NCBI RefSeq assembly: GCF_035084215.1
Contig: NC_090339.1
Coordinates: 25,234,001-25,298,000 of the forward strand
Source of the DNA: Heptranchias perlo
Lineage: Eukaryota
DNA: 64,000 bases
Direction: 5' to 3'
Shown: positions 11,298-22,700 of the stretch, in pieces
How the letters are laid out: each line of letters opens with the position of its first letter
Position numbering within the stretch: position 1 is the stretch's first letter
Position numbers and translations under genes: made by a program
Notes under the pieces: model-generated
Told to the model about the DNA's origin: nothing
The model's input: only the letters and a program-made list of their open reading frames with translations
The model's database searches: none

Positions 11298-12068
11298 CTA
11301 GGCCAGCGACCCATCACTCCTACCACTTAGCTGGTGTGCAGCTTGGTGCAAATCAGTAACACCTTGTAAGGCCACGGATAAGGTATCTGTCATCCTGTTT
11401 AAAGCAGCAGACATGCTGGCATCCGTAGTTTGCACGGCTGTGATCATAGCCTGCATAGACTGGTTTGATTGCCACTTTCGAAGTTCCACAGAGGAGGCCA
11501 TTTTCTCCATGGCAGACATTCTCGCAATGGCCTGCGATATCAATCCACAAATGCTTGAGCTGGACTTCTCCATCCTCTCTGCTATTATGGAGAGTGTGCG
11601 TGGTGCGTCTGCTTGAACCTCACAAATTTGCTGCTGTCCCCCGATGATTCTCCTTTTCATCAATGGCCCCCGGGGTTCAGCATCTGTGTCCAGCTGAGCA
11701 GAGCTTGGAGTGGAGTACATAGAAAGTGAACAATGGGTGCTCTTGAAATTTGATGTGATGGAGTAAGCTTGACAAGACAGAGTAAGGTTGGGGGGGGGGG
11801 GGGGGTGCAATACAGGATGTAGGTGAATCTGCAACTCCACTCACCTTTCCTGACCTAATTAGCTCATTAAAGTGCTTCCTGCACTGTATCCAGGAACGGG
11901 GCACCTCTTGCTGCTGACCTCCTCAGCCACCTCCAACCACACCTTCTTGCTAACAGCAGCAGGTTTCTTCCTCTTGTTGCTGGGGAAGATTATCTCCTTC
12001 CTGCTCCTCACTGCACCCAGCGAAGTGTCGTTAAATCGGGTTGCAGCACTTGACCATCCTGAATCCAT
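11298..12068 (-). pseudogene. Harbinger Myb/SANT-like DNA-binding protein, spliced, frameshifted
   Basis: TRFNDTSL...VWLEVAEEVSS...SWIQCRKHFNELIRSGK followed by GTGAGT donor; second exon coiled-coil-like. Confidence 0.8.
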
Positions 12069-12498
12069 TTTTAAACTTCTCCCTCTCTTTGTATAAACTC
12101 CTAACTCCTCCAAATTTCATCTTTGAATTGGCCCTTTAAATAGTCAAGTTGAGATCGGGTCATGCGGGTTCGCATTATGCCCACTGTCACGCCCGCTATC
12201 GCCTCCCCCACCCCCCTTCACTCAGAACCCGTCACTGCATTATTATTGAGCCCTATGAATCCCTCTAGTCCTTCCCCAACAAAAAATTGCACAGGACTAA
12301 ACTAGAAATATCAAATATGGCAGCACTTATGAAGTGTGCCATCATTTCTATCCTTTTTTTCAAAACCATGTCAGGTGATCCACTCATTAGTAATTAAAAT
12401 TGAACAGCAAAGTAACTAAAACTACAATAGTTGATACAAATTCGTATTCTGATTTTCACAGGATTTGCATGTTACATGTAGCCTACTTACTCTGTTTT

Positions 12499-13459
12499 AG
12501 AAACATAGAAACATAAAAAATAGTAGCGGGGTAGGCCATTCGACCCTTCGAGCCTGCTCCGCCATTCAGTATGATCATGGCTGATCCTCTATCTCAATAC
12601 CATATTCCTGCTCTCTCCCCATACCCCTTGATGCCTTTTGTGATCCTCTATCTCAATACCAAATTCCTGCTCTCTCCCCATACCCTTGATGCCTTTTGTG
12701 TCTAGAAATCCATCTAGGTCCTTCTTAAATATATTCAGTGACTTGACCGCCACAGCCTTCTGTGGTAGAGAATTCCACAGGTTCACCATTCTCTGAGTTA
12801 AGAAATTTCTCCTCATCTCAGTCCTAAATGCCCTACCCCGTATCCTGAGACTGTGACCCCTCGTTCTGGACCCCCCAGCCAGGGGAAACATCCTCCCTGC
12901 ATCCAGTCTGTCTAGCCCTGTCAGAATTTTATATGTTTCAATGAGATCCCCTCTCATTCTTCTAAACACGAGTGAATACAGGTCGAGTCGACCCAATCTC
13001 TCCTCATACCACGGTCCTGCCATCCTTGGAATCAGTCAGGTGAACCCTCGCTGCACTCCCTCTATGGCAAGCATATCCTTTCTTAGGTAAGGAGACCAAA
13101 ACTGCACACAATACTCCAGGTGTGGTCTCACCAAGGTCCTGTATAACTGCAGTAAGACATCCTTGCTCCTGTACTCAAATCCTCTTGCAATGAAGGCCAA
13201 CATACCATTTGCCTTCCTAACTGCTTGCTGCACCTGCATGTTTGCTTTCAGTGACTGGTGTCCATCAACATTTTCCAATCTATCACCATTTAAATAATAC
13301 TCTGCCTTTCTGTTTTTCCTTCCGAAGTGGGTAACTTCACATTTATCCACATTATACTGCATCTGCTATGTATTTGCCCACTCACTCAACTTGTCTAAGT
13401 TGCCTTGAAGCCTCTTTGCATCCTCCTCACAACTCACAATCCCACCTAGCTTTGTGTCA
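12499..13459 (-). mobile_element. 5'-truncated CR1 LINE with ~59-bp tandem duplication in 3' region
   Basis: [40 protein letters not shown]; tail tatgtttctatgtttct; 12584-12642 repeated at 12643-12700. Confidence 0.93.
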
Positions 13460-13662
13460 GTAATGTGATCAGTTTATATAGTGTAGTTGTACGTGGCACT
13501 ACCAATATAGCTAATATACTGATTGCAGCTCCACCATGCAATTTTCTGCCTAACAAGCATAAACTGCAGTTAGCACCAAACCAGACAACAGTAACTCAAT
13601 GAAAATAATGCACCCTTATTTATCTCAACATATTTTCACAGGTTGAATGATCAGGAATGTTC
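13460..13662 (-). pseudogene. Degenerate transmembrane exon
   Basis: Long pyrimidine tract then aactttag|; reads CIIFIELLLSGLVLTAVYAC (13612-13553), then frameshift to RQKIAWW; cut by the CR1 at 13459. Confidence 0.55.
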
Positions 13663-13711
13663 CTAAAGTTCAAAGGTTAAGAAAGAAATAAAGAAATAAC
13701 GAAGGAGCTAC

Positions 13712-13927
13712 CCTACTGGATGTGCTTATAAAATTCTAGTTGTTGTTTATAGCAGAGACAGAACAGAACGTTCACAAAATTCCAGACTGATTAGACGTTG
13801 TCCGTGTGCCTGAAGTGGAGTTCCACCACAGGACACAGTCTGCTTTATTTGTTGAGTCAGATTACTCTGATCCCACTAGGGTTCCATTGAAAGAGTTAGT
13901 ATTTTCTTTCAGTATTCTAAGAAACGT
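13712..13927 (-). pseudogene. Possible extra ectodomain exon
   Basis: Acceptor gtctttcag|; TFLRILKENTNSFNGTLVGSE*SDSTNKADCVLWWNSTSGTRTTSNQSGIL*TFCSV with three N-glycosylation sequons; donor uncertain. Confidence 0.3.
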
Positions 13928-14277
13928 CTGAAAGACACCCCTTACAAAATCTGGTCGTGTTTGAAGGTAAGATTACAAAGTATTGAAGGATTTGTCATAA
14001 AGGAGAGCTGGACGAGTTTTGTATTGCCCGGCTTCATACCACACATTAGATGGAAAATCCACTGAATGGTGATAAAAGAAAGCAAGTCTTAAACTCTCAT
14101 GCAATTCGAGAGCACCTTTAACCACAAACAACAGAAATGTGTCTACATGGTAGGGGGAGGGGCAGAAAAAGCTAATTTAATGCTTCTGCCTTCACGGGAA
14201 TATCTGTGAAATGGATCAATATTGTATTTATATTTAAGAAATGTGCAGAGATAACATTTTGGAAAAAAGGAGCTCAC

Positions 14278-14587
14278 CTTCCTTGCAATACATCTGCCCT
14301 GATACTATTACAATGAAATTAGATATCTTCTTGAGCAATTCTCTGCTTCCTCACCTTGTTGAAATCGAGACTCATCTTACAGTTTCCGAGGGAACATTCA
14401 CATTGTAACTGTACAGTTGCAGTGTAAATGCGGTCTGAATCCAGCATCAGGGTCTGACTTGACTCCAGAAAGAAGCTACAGGAGGTAGTCTCAATCCACT
14501 TCACTTTGGAGTCAGTACGGGCCTTGGCACTCAATTTACAAGCCACGTTAAGCGTCGTTGCAAAGCGGCTTTTGCTTCAAACTGGCA
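14278..14587 (-). pseudogene. Ig C1-set (MHC alpha3-like) exon, stop and frameshift
   Basis: Acceptor catttag| phase 1, donor AAG|GTGAGC; TLNVACKLSAKARTDSKVKW...ESSQTLMLDSDRIYTATVQL fits C1 pattern LxC...VxW...LxxxDGTY...L. Confidence 0.62.
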
Positions 14588-14639
14588 CTAAATGTGTGGA
14601 GTGTGAATGCACCCCACTTTAACTCAGTCTTTCCCAAAA

Positions 14640-15060
14640 CAGGAATTAGGGTTTCAGCAGCAGTGGGAAGGAGATAAGTGCAAGTGCGAAATGCCCTGGA
14701 GGTGAAAAATGTTTTGTCAATGGAGTAGACGGTGGGTGAAAAGCTCAGCTCAGTGTCGATCTGGATAAGATTGGCCTTAGGTTTGCTGAAACAAATCTTG
14801 ACTCATCCAGGAATTCATGTTGGATAGACAATTGGAAAATCATAGCAAAAAACTTGGAGAGGTAGAGTTGTGTTCATCAGTATACATATGGAAGCTGACC
14901 TCATGCTTACAGATGAAGTTGAGGAGAGGTAGCATGTAAATGATGAGTATGGGGACCGCAGGTTAGAAGTGACTATATGGGAATATGAAAGGAGACGGGA
15001 GAGAGATGAGGTAAAGAGGAGAATGTAGAGAGGCAGAGAAGCAGCAGTCAGTACGTACAT
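14640..15060 (-). mobile_element. Old L2 RT fragment
   Basis: Minus strand gtcagcttccatatgtatactgatgaacacaactctacc resembles the L2 SFHMYADDTQLY motif. Confidence 0.65.
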
Positions 15061-15484
15061 GCGAGTGCACAAGGAGAAACTAGTCACCAAATTAACAATA
15101 GTAACAGTTTATATATGTGGGTTGGTTGGGAATGGTTTAATTGGTGCATACTTTGCTTTGGTGCTGCTCCTGGAGAGCAGTGTTGGGCCTGCCTACCAAT
15201 AATGCCACTCCTTTCACAGATCCTCTACAATCTGTTCTATAAAGGACTTTGTTGCACTCATGTAATCTCTGGAGGGAAAGTTCTGCATATCTCTCAGTCT
15301 ATGACCACCCATAACCACCAGTCCCATTCTGAAACAGATAGTTAATAGCTTTTAAAAGGAGCTGAATAATCATTTGAACTACTGTTCCTGGAAGTCTATT
15401 CCACATTTTCACTGCTCGACAAGGGAAAAAAGTATATATCTTCTAACTTCTAGTCTCACTTGAGAGTTGTTAATTTTAACATAC

Positions 15485-15749
15485 ATCCTTTCTCTGTAAC
15501 ATTTAGGATTAAGGGATAATTGAAATGAACAGACTTCCCTTTTAAGCGTGGGTTCTACCTGACAGATCACTCTGGTGTCTGCCATCTGTTGTGCAGCAAA
15601 CTCCTACGCCTCAGCACTCACAAAAGAAAGATTTTCAGCAGGAGTCACTTGCTGAGTTAGCTTCCTGTTAATATCCACCTGTCAGTCGCAGGAATAGGCA
15701 GCCACTGTTCATTATGTTGGTTTAACCCTTTCCCTTGACTTCCCAGTAA
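15485..15749 (-). pseudogene. MHC class I alpha2-like exon, multiple stops and frameshifts
   Basis: Acceptor tttgcag|, donor GTATGT; KGLNQHNEQWL/YSCD...ENLSFVSAEA/LLHNRWQ...RLKGKSVHF...LNVTEKG compared with class I NQS..HTLQWMYGCD...LxWxAA..ITKxKW...YLEGxCVEWL. Confidence 0.58.
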
Positions 15750-15789
15750 CTGCAAACCTGAATGCCTCATTTAGATTATCCTCTGAGGC

Positions 15790-16140
15790 TCCCATTATGG
15801 CACACTGCTGTGAAACTGAGCTATGCAGCGATTAACGTTCCATTGTCTGTGCTGAATTAACTGCCCTCAGTTGGTTTTGAGGTACCACAATTGACCTCAG
15901 CACTCTTAGACTAGGGAGGGGGATAAAATCAGGGTTCCTGCTCATGATTGCTATTCAGTGACACCTCCTGGAAAGTGCACACCGAGTAACGACAAGATCA
16001 GGCACAGCTCTGATGCTATCACAGTTGAATAGCTTTGCATCACTCAGTGTCTGGGCTCATAGTTGATGTATAATCATCAGTCAGATAAGGTACTTGAGGG
16101 TGGGTGTTGCCCGTAGAACCATACCAAGCAAGTGTCAGCA
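15790..16140 (+). mobile_element. Old SINE family member (similar copies near 3230-3530, 16800-17170, 25595-25760, 34720-35060, 38330-38620, 39190-39370, 59160-59500)
   Basis: Recurring motif ctcagcrcccctgggctagggaggggaaaaatcagccagggttcctgctcctgat in both orientations across the window. Confidence 0.6.
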
Positions 16141-16568
16141 TCTCAAAAACATAGGAGCAGGAGTAAGCCATTCGACCCATCAAGTGTACTCTACCATCAG
16201 CTGGGGAGGGGGAAAAAGGAGTTAAAATTGCAATTTTTTTAAAACTTCATTAAAAATGGGGGTGAATTACAACCGAAGATATTGAAAATCTGTGAGCATT
16301 AGTCTGAAGGAAGGAATCCATTCATCCTGTTTACTGGCTCGTACTTGCCTTGGTTTTGGTCTCACAGAAAGGTGCAGTGATGGTCGGCTTGTAATTACTG
16401 TCACAGTCAGACAGGATAAATAGGAGGCAGAGAATCAATGGGTGAGATCAGCATGTCTATAATTCTAATGTTTGCACAGGAAAATCATAGGGAATTAGGG
16501 TAACCCTGACCAGCATCTCGTTAACCCATGAAGACATCAGTTGATTCAGTGCAGCTTTTAATACTTAC

Positions 16569-16745
16569 ATGCTGTACAGCCTGAGATAACTTTTCTGCAT
16601 AATACACTGTTGAGTACATAAAGCTGTATAAACTGCTGTTGTTCATTTCCCATTTCACCATTACATAGCTACTCAAATATGTAAGAGCAGAACATTCCGG
16701 CCTGTCTCTGATTAGTTGGGAGATGATGCAGTTTAAGTTTTCTCT
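16569..16745 (-). pseudogene. MHC class I alpha1-like exon (open frame)
   Basis: tactaag branch-like site, gcacag| acceptor, CAT|GTAAGT donor, 177 nt phase 0-0; RENLNCIISQLIRDRPECSALTYLSSYVMVKWE compared with HSLRYF..S..G.PEFxAVGYVDDxxFVRxD. Confidence 0.58.
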
Positions 16746-17220
16746 CTGTGCAATGTACTTAGTATATAATCCATATAGCATCCTGAGTACTGTTCACAAT
16801 GGGTTTTTCTTTTGGTTTTCTCCCTTCCTCCCCTGGAGGTGCAGACTATTTGAAGGATACAGTTCTACAGGTGCTCACTCAAATAGCCGTTCTTCATGCA
16901 CTAGCCTTGATAGTGAGTGTTGCTAAGCTATTCAGCTGTGTATATCACAGGAGAGCCTAATAGGTGCATGTGTGTGGGTGTTCTCACCAAACACCCACGC
17001 ACACGCACACTGCTCAGCAGGATAATTGGCTGATTTTTCTTCCTTCGATTAGCCAAGGAGCATTGAGGCCAATTGAAGTGCCTTGACTACTGCCTTGGAA
17101 GAGATCAGCTACAAGAGCACAGAGCAGGGATCAAAATTAGAACCTCTGGTCAATGTGGCTCAGTTCCACACCAGTTCGGTACATTTACTCTCCACATCTT
17201 TGGGGGAGCTGACCCCTCAC

Positions 17221-17322
17221 CTTTCTCCTCACAATGGTTGAATACTCCACTGACCAGACAGACACCTGAAGAATGGTCATTTGAGTGAGGTGTAGCAGGG
17301 CCACCAGCACCAATGGAATCAT
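17221..17322 (-). pseudogene. Signal-peptide exon of the minus-strand receptor-like gene
   Basis: ATG at 17322; MIPLVLVALLHLTQMTILQVSVWSVEYSTIVRRK then AAG|GTGAGG donor, phase 0 matching the next exon. Confidence 0.65.
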
Positions 17323-18199
17323 ATGCCAGTATGAGGCATTGCTTTATGGACTGGAGGGGTAGAGGACAAAATCTGAAGGAAAACTGGAGATAGAAAAGAT
17401 ATCTGAGCTCCTCTGACTGTAAAGCTTTTCTCCTTGTTAATTCTCTCCTTGACTTCAACCATGGTTTCTTTGGTCTCTTCCAACCCCCTTCCCATTCCAA
17501 TGTTTTCAGTTTTTGCTCGGTGACCACCTATCCCCTTTGAAGCACTCTGAGATGTTCTTTTACATGAAGAATGTTATATAATTGCATGTTACTGTTTGGG
17601 AATATCAATGAATGAGAGAAACCTGTTTTAGGAAAGGGAGATAAAAGCAGAGGCAAATATCCGCATCTTAACAGGTCTGAAACTATGAGTATATACAGGA
17701 CAAAAAATGGGACATGCTTGCCAATAGAGGTGCACTTTGGATCTGAGAACCTCTCTGTGTTCAATAATTATGTAGGCAGTCCAGAACTGACCTTAACGTA
17801 AAGTAAGTATGCATTATTACCTCAACTACTTGTAATGATCCTTTGAAGGTCCTAGTTGATGAATGTATGAACGAATGAAAAATAATTTGCAGACAGAAAG
17901 AATAATTTGAAAGAGAAATGAAATATTGAGATGGCTCAGACCTTTGTGTGAGACCCAGCAGCACAGGCTGTTGAATGTCTACCTTCCTTCCAGATGGTTT
18001 TTGTGGGTGTGAATTCCAGGATGCCTGCTAACTCAAACCCATTTGACTGTATTCTGCATGAGTTTTATCAGTTCCCTTTGCCAGGATGGAAGGTGGAATA
18101 TCAGACTTTGGAAGGATCATTCATTAACATCAAGAGGGGAGATAGAGGAGAGGTGGAAATAATAAAAGATGGTTAAAACTGAGGGTGAGCACAAAACAG

Positions 18200-19140
18200 T
18201 AAATATTATGAATGACTGCTTCCTCCATGTATTCACAAGGAAGACATGAACAACATGCCTTCTCCTAACCAAAATATCCCGAGTAAAATCAATGACTTTG
18301 ATATAAATGAGATGGAAGACATAGGCAGGCTAATTAGACTCATAACAAATTAATCCCCAGGGACAGATGATATTTATTCCAGAGTTCTGAGAGAGATTGG
18401 GAAGAGATTTATGAGGCACTGACAATCATTATGAGGGAGTCAATGGACACTGGGGAGGTATCAGTAGATTGGGAACAGGCTAACGTGATACCCATATTAA
18501 AAAAGGGTGACAAAACAGATAGAGGCTACTATAAATCCATTAGTCTTACTTCCATTTCATATAAAATAATGGAATAAAGTCGAGGATTATCTGTACAATA
18601 ACAACCTAGTAAACAGGATGGATTCAGAAGGGAAAGACTCTGCCTGACCAATCTTTTTGACTTCTTTGAGGTAGTGACAACCCAAGTGGACTGTGGTAAG
18701 TTCTATAACGTGGTGTATATTGACTTCAAAAATGGCTTTTGATAAAACTCCACACAAAAAGCTAATAATTAAACTCAAAGCTATGATGATTCAGGGTAAA
18801 CCCTGGGAATGGATAAGAAACTGGATGAAGGGTAGAAAACAATAAGTATTTGTTAGAGTGGAGGTAATGATCAAACTTTATAGTTCTCTAGTCAGACTGC
18901 ACCTTCAATATCATGCCTAGTTCTGGTTGTCAAGAAACAAGAGAGACAGACTGGAGGTAGTGCAGAGAAGAGTCACGAGGCTGATGTCCAGTGTCAGGGG
19001 CCTGAGTTATGAGGGAAGAGTGAAGAGACTTGGGCTTTTCAGCCTGGAAGGAAGGTGTCTGAGAGGTGATCTTACAGAGTATATAAGATTGTTAAGGGTA
19101 TAGAAAGAGTTAATCTGAGGACACAGGCTCAAACTAGATC
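18200..19140 (+). mobile_element. Highly decayed CR1 ORF2 fragment
   Basis: Remnants of DWxxANVxPIxKKG, CLTNLFDFFE, DFxxAFDK and RGDLxEVYK. Confidence 0.8.
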
Positions 19141-19706
19141 TCTGGATAAAGATATATTTCAGTGGCTGAGAAAGATCTGTTCTTTTTGGCTGTTGGTGGA
19201 TGCATGTATGAGATGAATATAGAATGAAAATCAAGAACAAGCTTTTTAAAATCATTTTTTCTCTCATTAATTTTCTCTGTCGATTTTCTCCCCTTCTCTT
19301 CTTCCCTGAAGCCACTGACTTCTCAATCAAGGAGAGTTCCACCGCTGTTGATCACCAAGTGTCCAGAATTAATATATGAAACTTGACGGTGTTTTTTTTT
19401 AAATTTGGCTATTCAATCACTGGAAGCATCACAGCTGAGCCTGATTGTGTTGTCAACAGATATACATTTCTAGCAGAATTGTTGGATATCAATTAGGAAT
19501 GGGAACTGTGGCCAATTTTTCAGTCCTCAACCCAGGGTTGCTGAGGCCAATTGCAACCCCTTGTTACAAATTCAGGTCTGCCATAGATACTTTCTTAGGT
19601 TCAGTGGCATCAGTCACTCTTGTAAGTAGTCTGAGTGTCTTACTTTTATGGGAGTTGACTCACTGCCTATATCTATCAATACAATAGATCAACCCAGGGA
19701 TGTAAT

Positions 19707-22700
19707 GATACGGTAGCATAGTGGTTATGTTACTGGACTAGTAATCCAGAGGCCTGGACGAATAATCCAGATTCAATAATCCAGTTCAAATCCCGCCACG
19801 GCAGCTGGGGAATTTAAATTCAATTAATTAAATAAAAACCTGGAATTAAAATACTAGTATCAGTAATGGTGACTATGAAACTACTGGATTGTCGTAAAAA
19901 CCCATCTGGTTCACTAATGTCCTTTATGGAAGGAAACCTGCCGTCCTTACCCGGTCTGGCCTATATGTTACTCCAGACCCACAGCAATGTGGTTGATTCT
20001 TAATTGCCCTCTGAAATGGCTTAGCAAGCCACTCAGTTGTAAAATCTCGCTAAAAAAAGTCACAATAAGAATAAAACCGGACGGACCACCCGACATCGGA
20101 CCACTAGGCACCGGACACGACAAAGGCAAACCAAGCCCAGTCGACTCTGCAAAGTTCTCCTCACGAACATCTGGGTACTTGTGCTAAAATTGGAGAGCTG
20201 TCCCACAGACTAGTCAAGCAACAGCCTGACATAGCCATACTCACAGAATCATATCTTTCAGCCAACGTCCCAGATTCTTCCATCACCATCCCTGGGTATG
20301 TCCTGTCCCACCGGTAGGACAGACCTAACAGAGGTGCCGGTACAGTGATATACAGTCAGGAGGGAGTGGCCCTGGGAGTCCTCAACATTGACTCTGGATC
20401 TCATGGCAGCAGGTCAAACATGGGCAAGGAAACCTCTTGCTGATTACCACCTACCGCCCTCCCTCAGCTGATGAATCAGTCCTCCTCCATGTTGAACACC
20501 ACTTGGAGGAAGCATTGAGGGTAGCAAGGGCACAGAATGTACTCTGGGTGGGGGACTTCAATGTTCATCACCAAGAGTGGCTCGGTAGCTCCACTACTGA
20601 CCGAGCTGGCTGAGTCCTGAAGGACATAGCTGCCAGACTGGGCCTGCGGCAGGTGGTGAGTGAACCAACACGAGGGAAAAACTTACTTGACCTCGTCCTC
20701 ACCAACCTACCTGTTGCAAATGCATCTGTCCATGACAGTATTGGTAGGAGTGACCACCACACAGTCCTCGTGGAGATAAAGTCCCGTCTTCGCACTGAGG
20801 ACACCATCCAACGTGTTGTGTGGCACTACCACCGTGCTAAATGGGATAGATTCAGAACCGATCTAGCAGCTCAAAACTGGGCATCCATGAGGTGCTGTGG
20901 GCCATCAGCAGCAGCAGAATTGTATTCCAGCACAATCTGTAACCTCATGGCCCGGCATATTCCTCACTCTACCATTACCAACAAGCCAGGAGATCAACCC
21001 TGGTTCAATGAGGAGTGTAGAAGAGCATGCCAGGAGCAGCACCAGGCATACCTAAAAATGAGGTGCCAACCTGGTGAAGCTACAACTCAGGACTACATGC
21101 ATGCTAAACAGTGGAAGCAACATGCTATAGACAGAGCTAAGCGATTCCACAACCAACGGATCAGATTAAAGCTCTGCAGTCCTGCCACATCCATTCGTGA
21201 ATAGTGGTGGACAATTAAACAACTAATGGGAGGAGGAGGCTCTGCAAACATCCCCATCCTCAATGATGGAGGAGTCCAGCACATGAGTGCAAAAGACAAG
21301 GCTGAAGCATTTGCAACCATCTTCAGCCAGAAGTGCCGAGTAGATGATCCATCTCGGCCTCCTCCCGATATCCCCACCATCACAGAAGCCAGTCTTCAGC
21401 CAATTCGATTCACTATACGTGATATCAAGAAACGGCTGAGTGCACTGGATACAGCAAAGGCTATGGGCCCCGACAACATCCCGGCTGTAGTGCTGAAGAC
21501 TTGTGCTCCAGAAATAGCTGCGCCTCCAGCCAAGCTGTTCCAGTACAGCTACAACACTGGCATCTACCCAACAATGTGGAAAATTGCCCAGGTATGTCCT
21601 ATTCACAAAAAGCAGGACAAATCCAATCCGGCCAATTACCGCCCCATCAATCTACTCTCAATCATCAGCAAAGTGATGGAAGGTGTCATCGACAGTGCTA
21701 TCAAGCGACACTTACTCACCAATAACCTGCTCACCGATGCTCAGTTTGGGTTCCGCCAGGACCACTCGGCTCCAGACCTCATTACAGCCTTGGTCCAAAC
21801 ATGGACAAAAGAGGTGAATTCCAGAGGTGAGGTGAGAGAGACTGCCCTTGACATGAAGGCAGCATTTGACCGAGTGTGGCACCAAGGAGCCCTAGTAAAA
21901 TTGAAGTCAATGAGAATCAGGGGGAAAACTCTCCAGTGGCTGGGGTCATACCTAGCACAAAGGAAGATGGTAGTGGTTGTGGGAGGCCAATCATCTCAGC
22001 CCCAGGGCATTGCTGCAGGAGTTCCTCGGGGCAGTGTCCTAGGCCCAACCATCTTCAGCTGCTTCATCAATGACCTTCCCTCCATCATAAGGTCAGAAAT
22101 GGGGATGTGCGCTGATGATTGCACAGTGTTCAGTTCCATTCGCAACCCCTCAGATAATGAAGCAGTCTGAGCCTGCATGCAGCAAGACCTGGACAACATT
22201 CAGGCTTGGGCTGATAAGTGGCAAGTAACATTCACGCCAGACAAGTGCCAGGCAATGACCATCTCCAACAAGAGAGGGTCTAACCACCTCCCCTTGACAT
22301 TCAACGGCATTACCATCGCCGAATCCCCCACCATCAACATCCTGGGGGTCACCATTGACCAGAAACTTAACTGCACCAGCCACATAAATACTATGGCTAC
22401 AAGAGCAGGTCAGAGGCTGGGTATTCTGCGGCAAATGACTCACCTCCTGACTCCCCAAAGCCTTTCCATCATCTACAAGGCACAAGTCAGGAGTGTGATG
22501 GAATACTCTCCACTTGCCTGGATGAGTGCAGCTCCAACAACACTCAAGAAGCTCGACACCATCCAGGACAAAGCAGCCCGCTTGATTGGCACCCCATCCA
22601 CCACCCTAAACATTCACTCCCTTCACCACCGGCGCACTGTGGCTGCAGTGTGTACCATCCACAGGATGCACTGCAGCAACTCGCCAAGGCTTCTTCGACA

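Larger units (their letters stand above)
9337..12253 (+). mobile_element. PIF/Harbinger DNA transposon, decayed autonomous copy
   Basis: Convergent transposase and Myb/SANT genes; ends ggggaattttaac and attgagccc (imperfect TIR-like), both flanked by tat. Confidence 0.88.

Noticed and set aside
17150-17527. 125-aa minus ORF from the track
   Set aside because: No recognisable protein in that frame; the signal peptide lies in a different frame within it.
19707-19800. Functional tRNA gene
   Set aside because: A and B boxes are present, but an internal aataatccag duplication and direct continuation into the retroelement indicate a tRNA-derived head.
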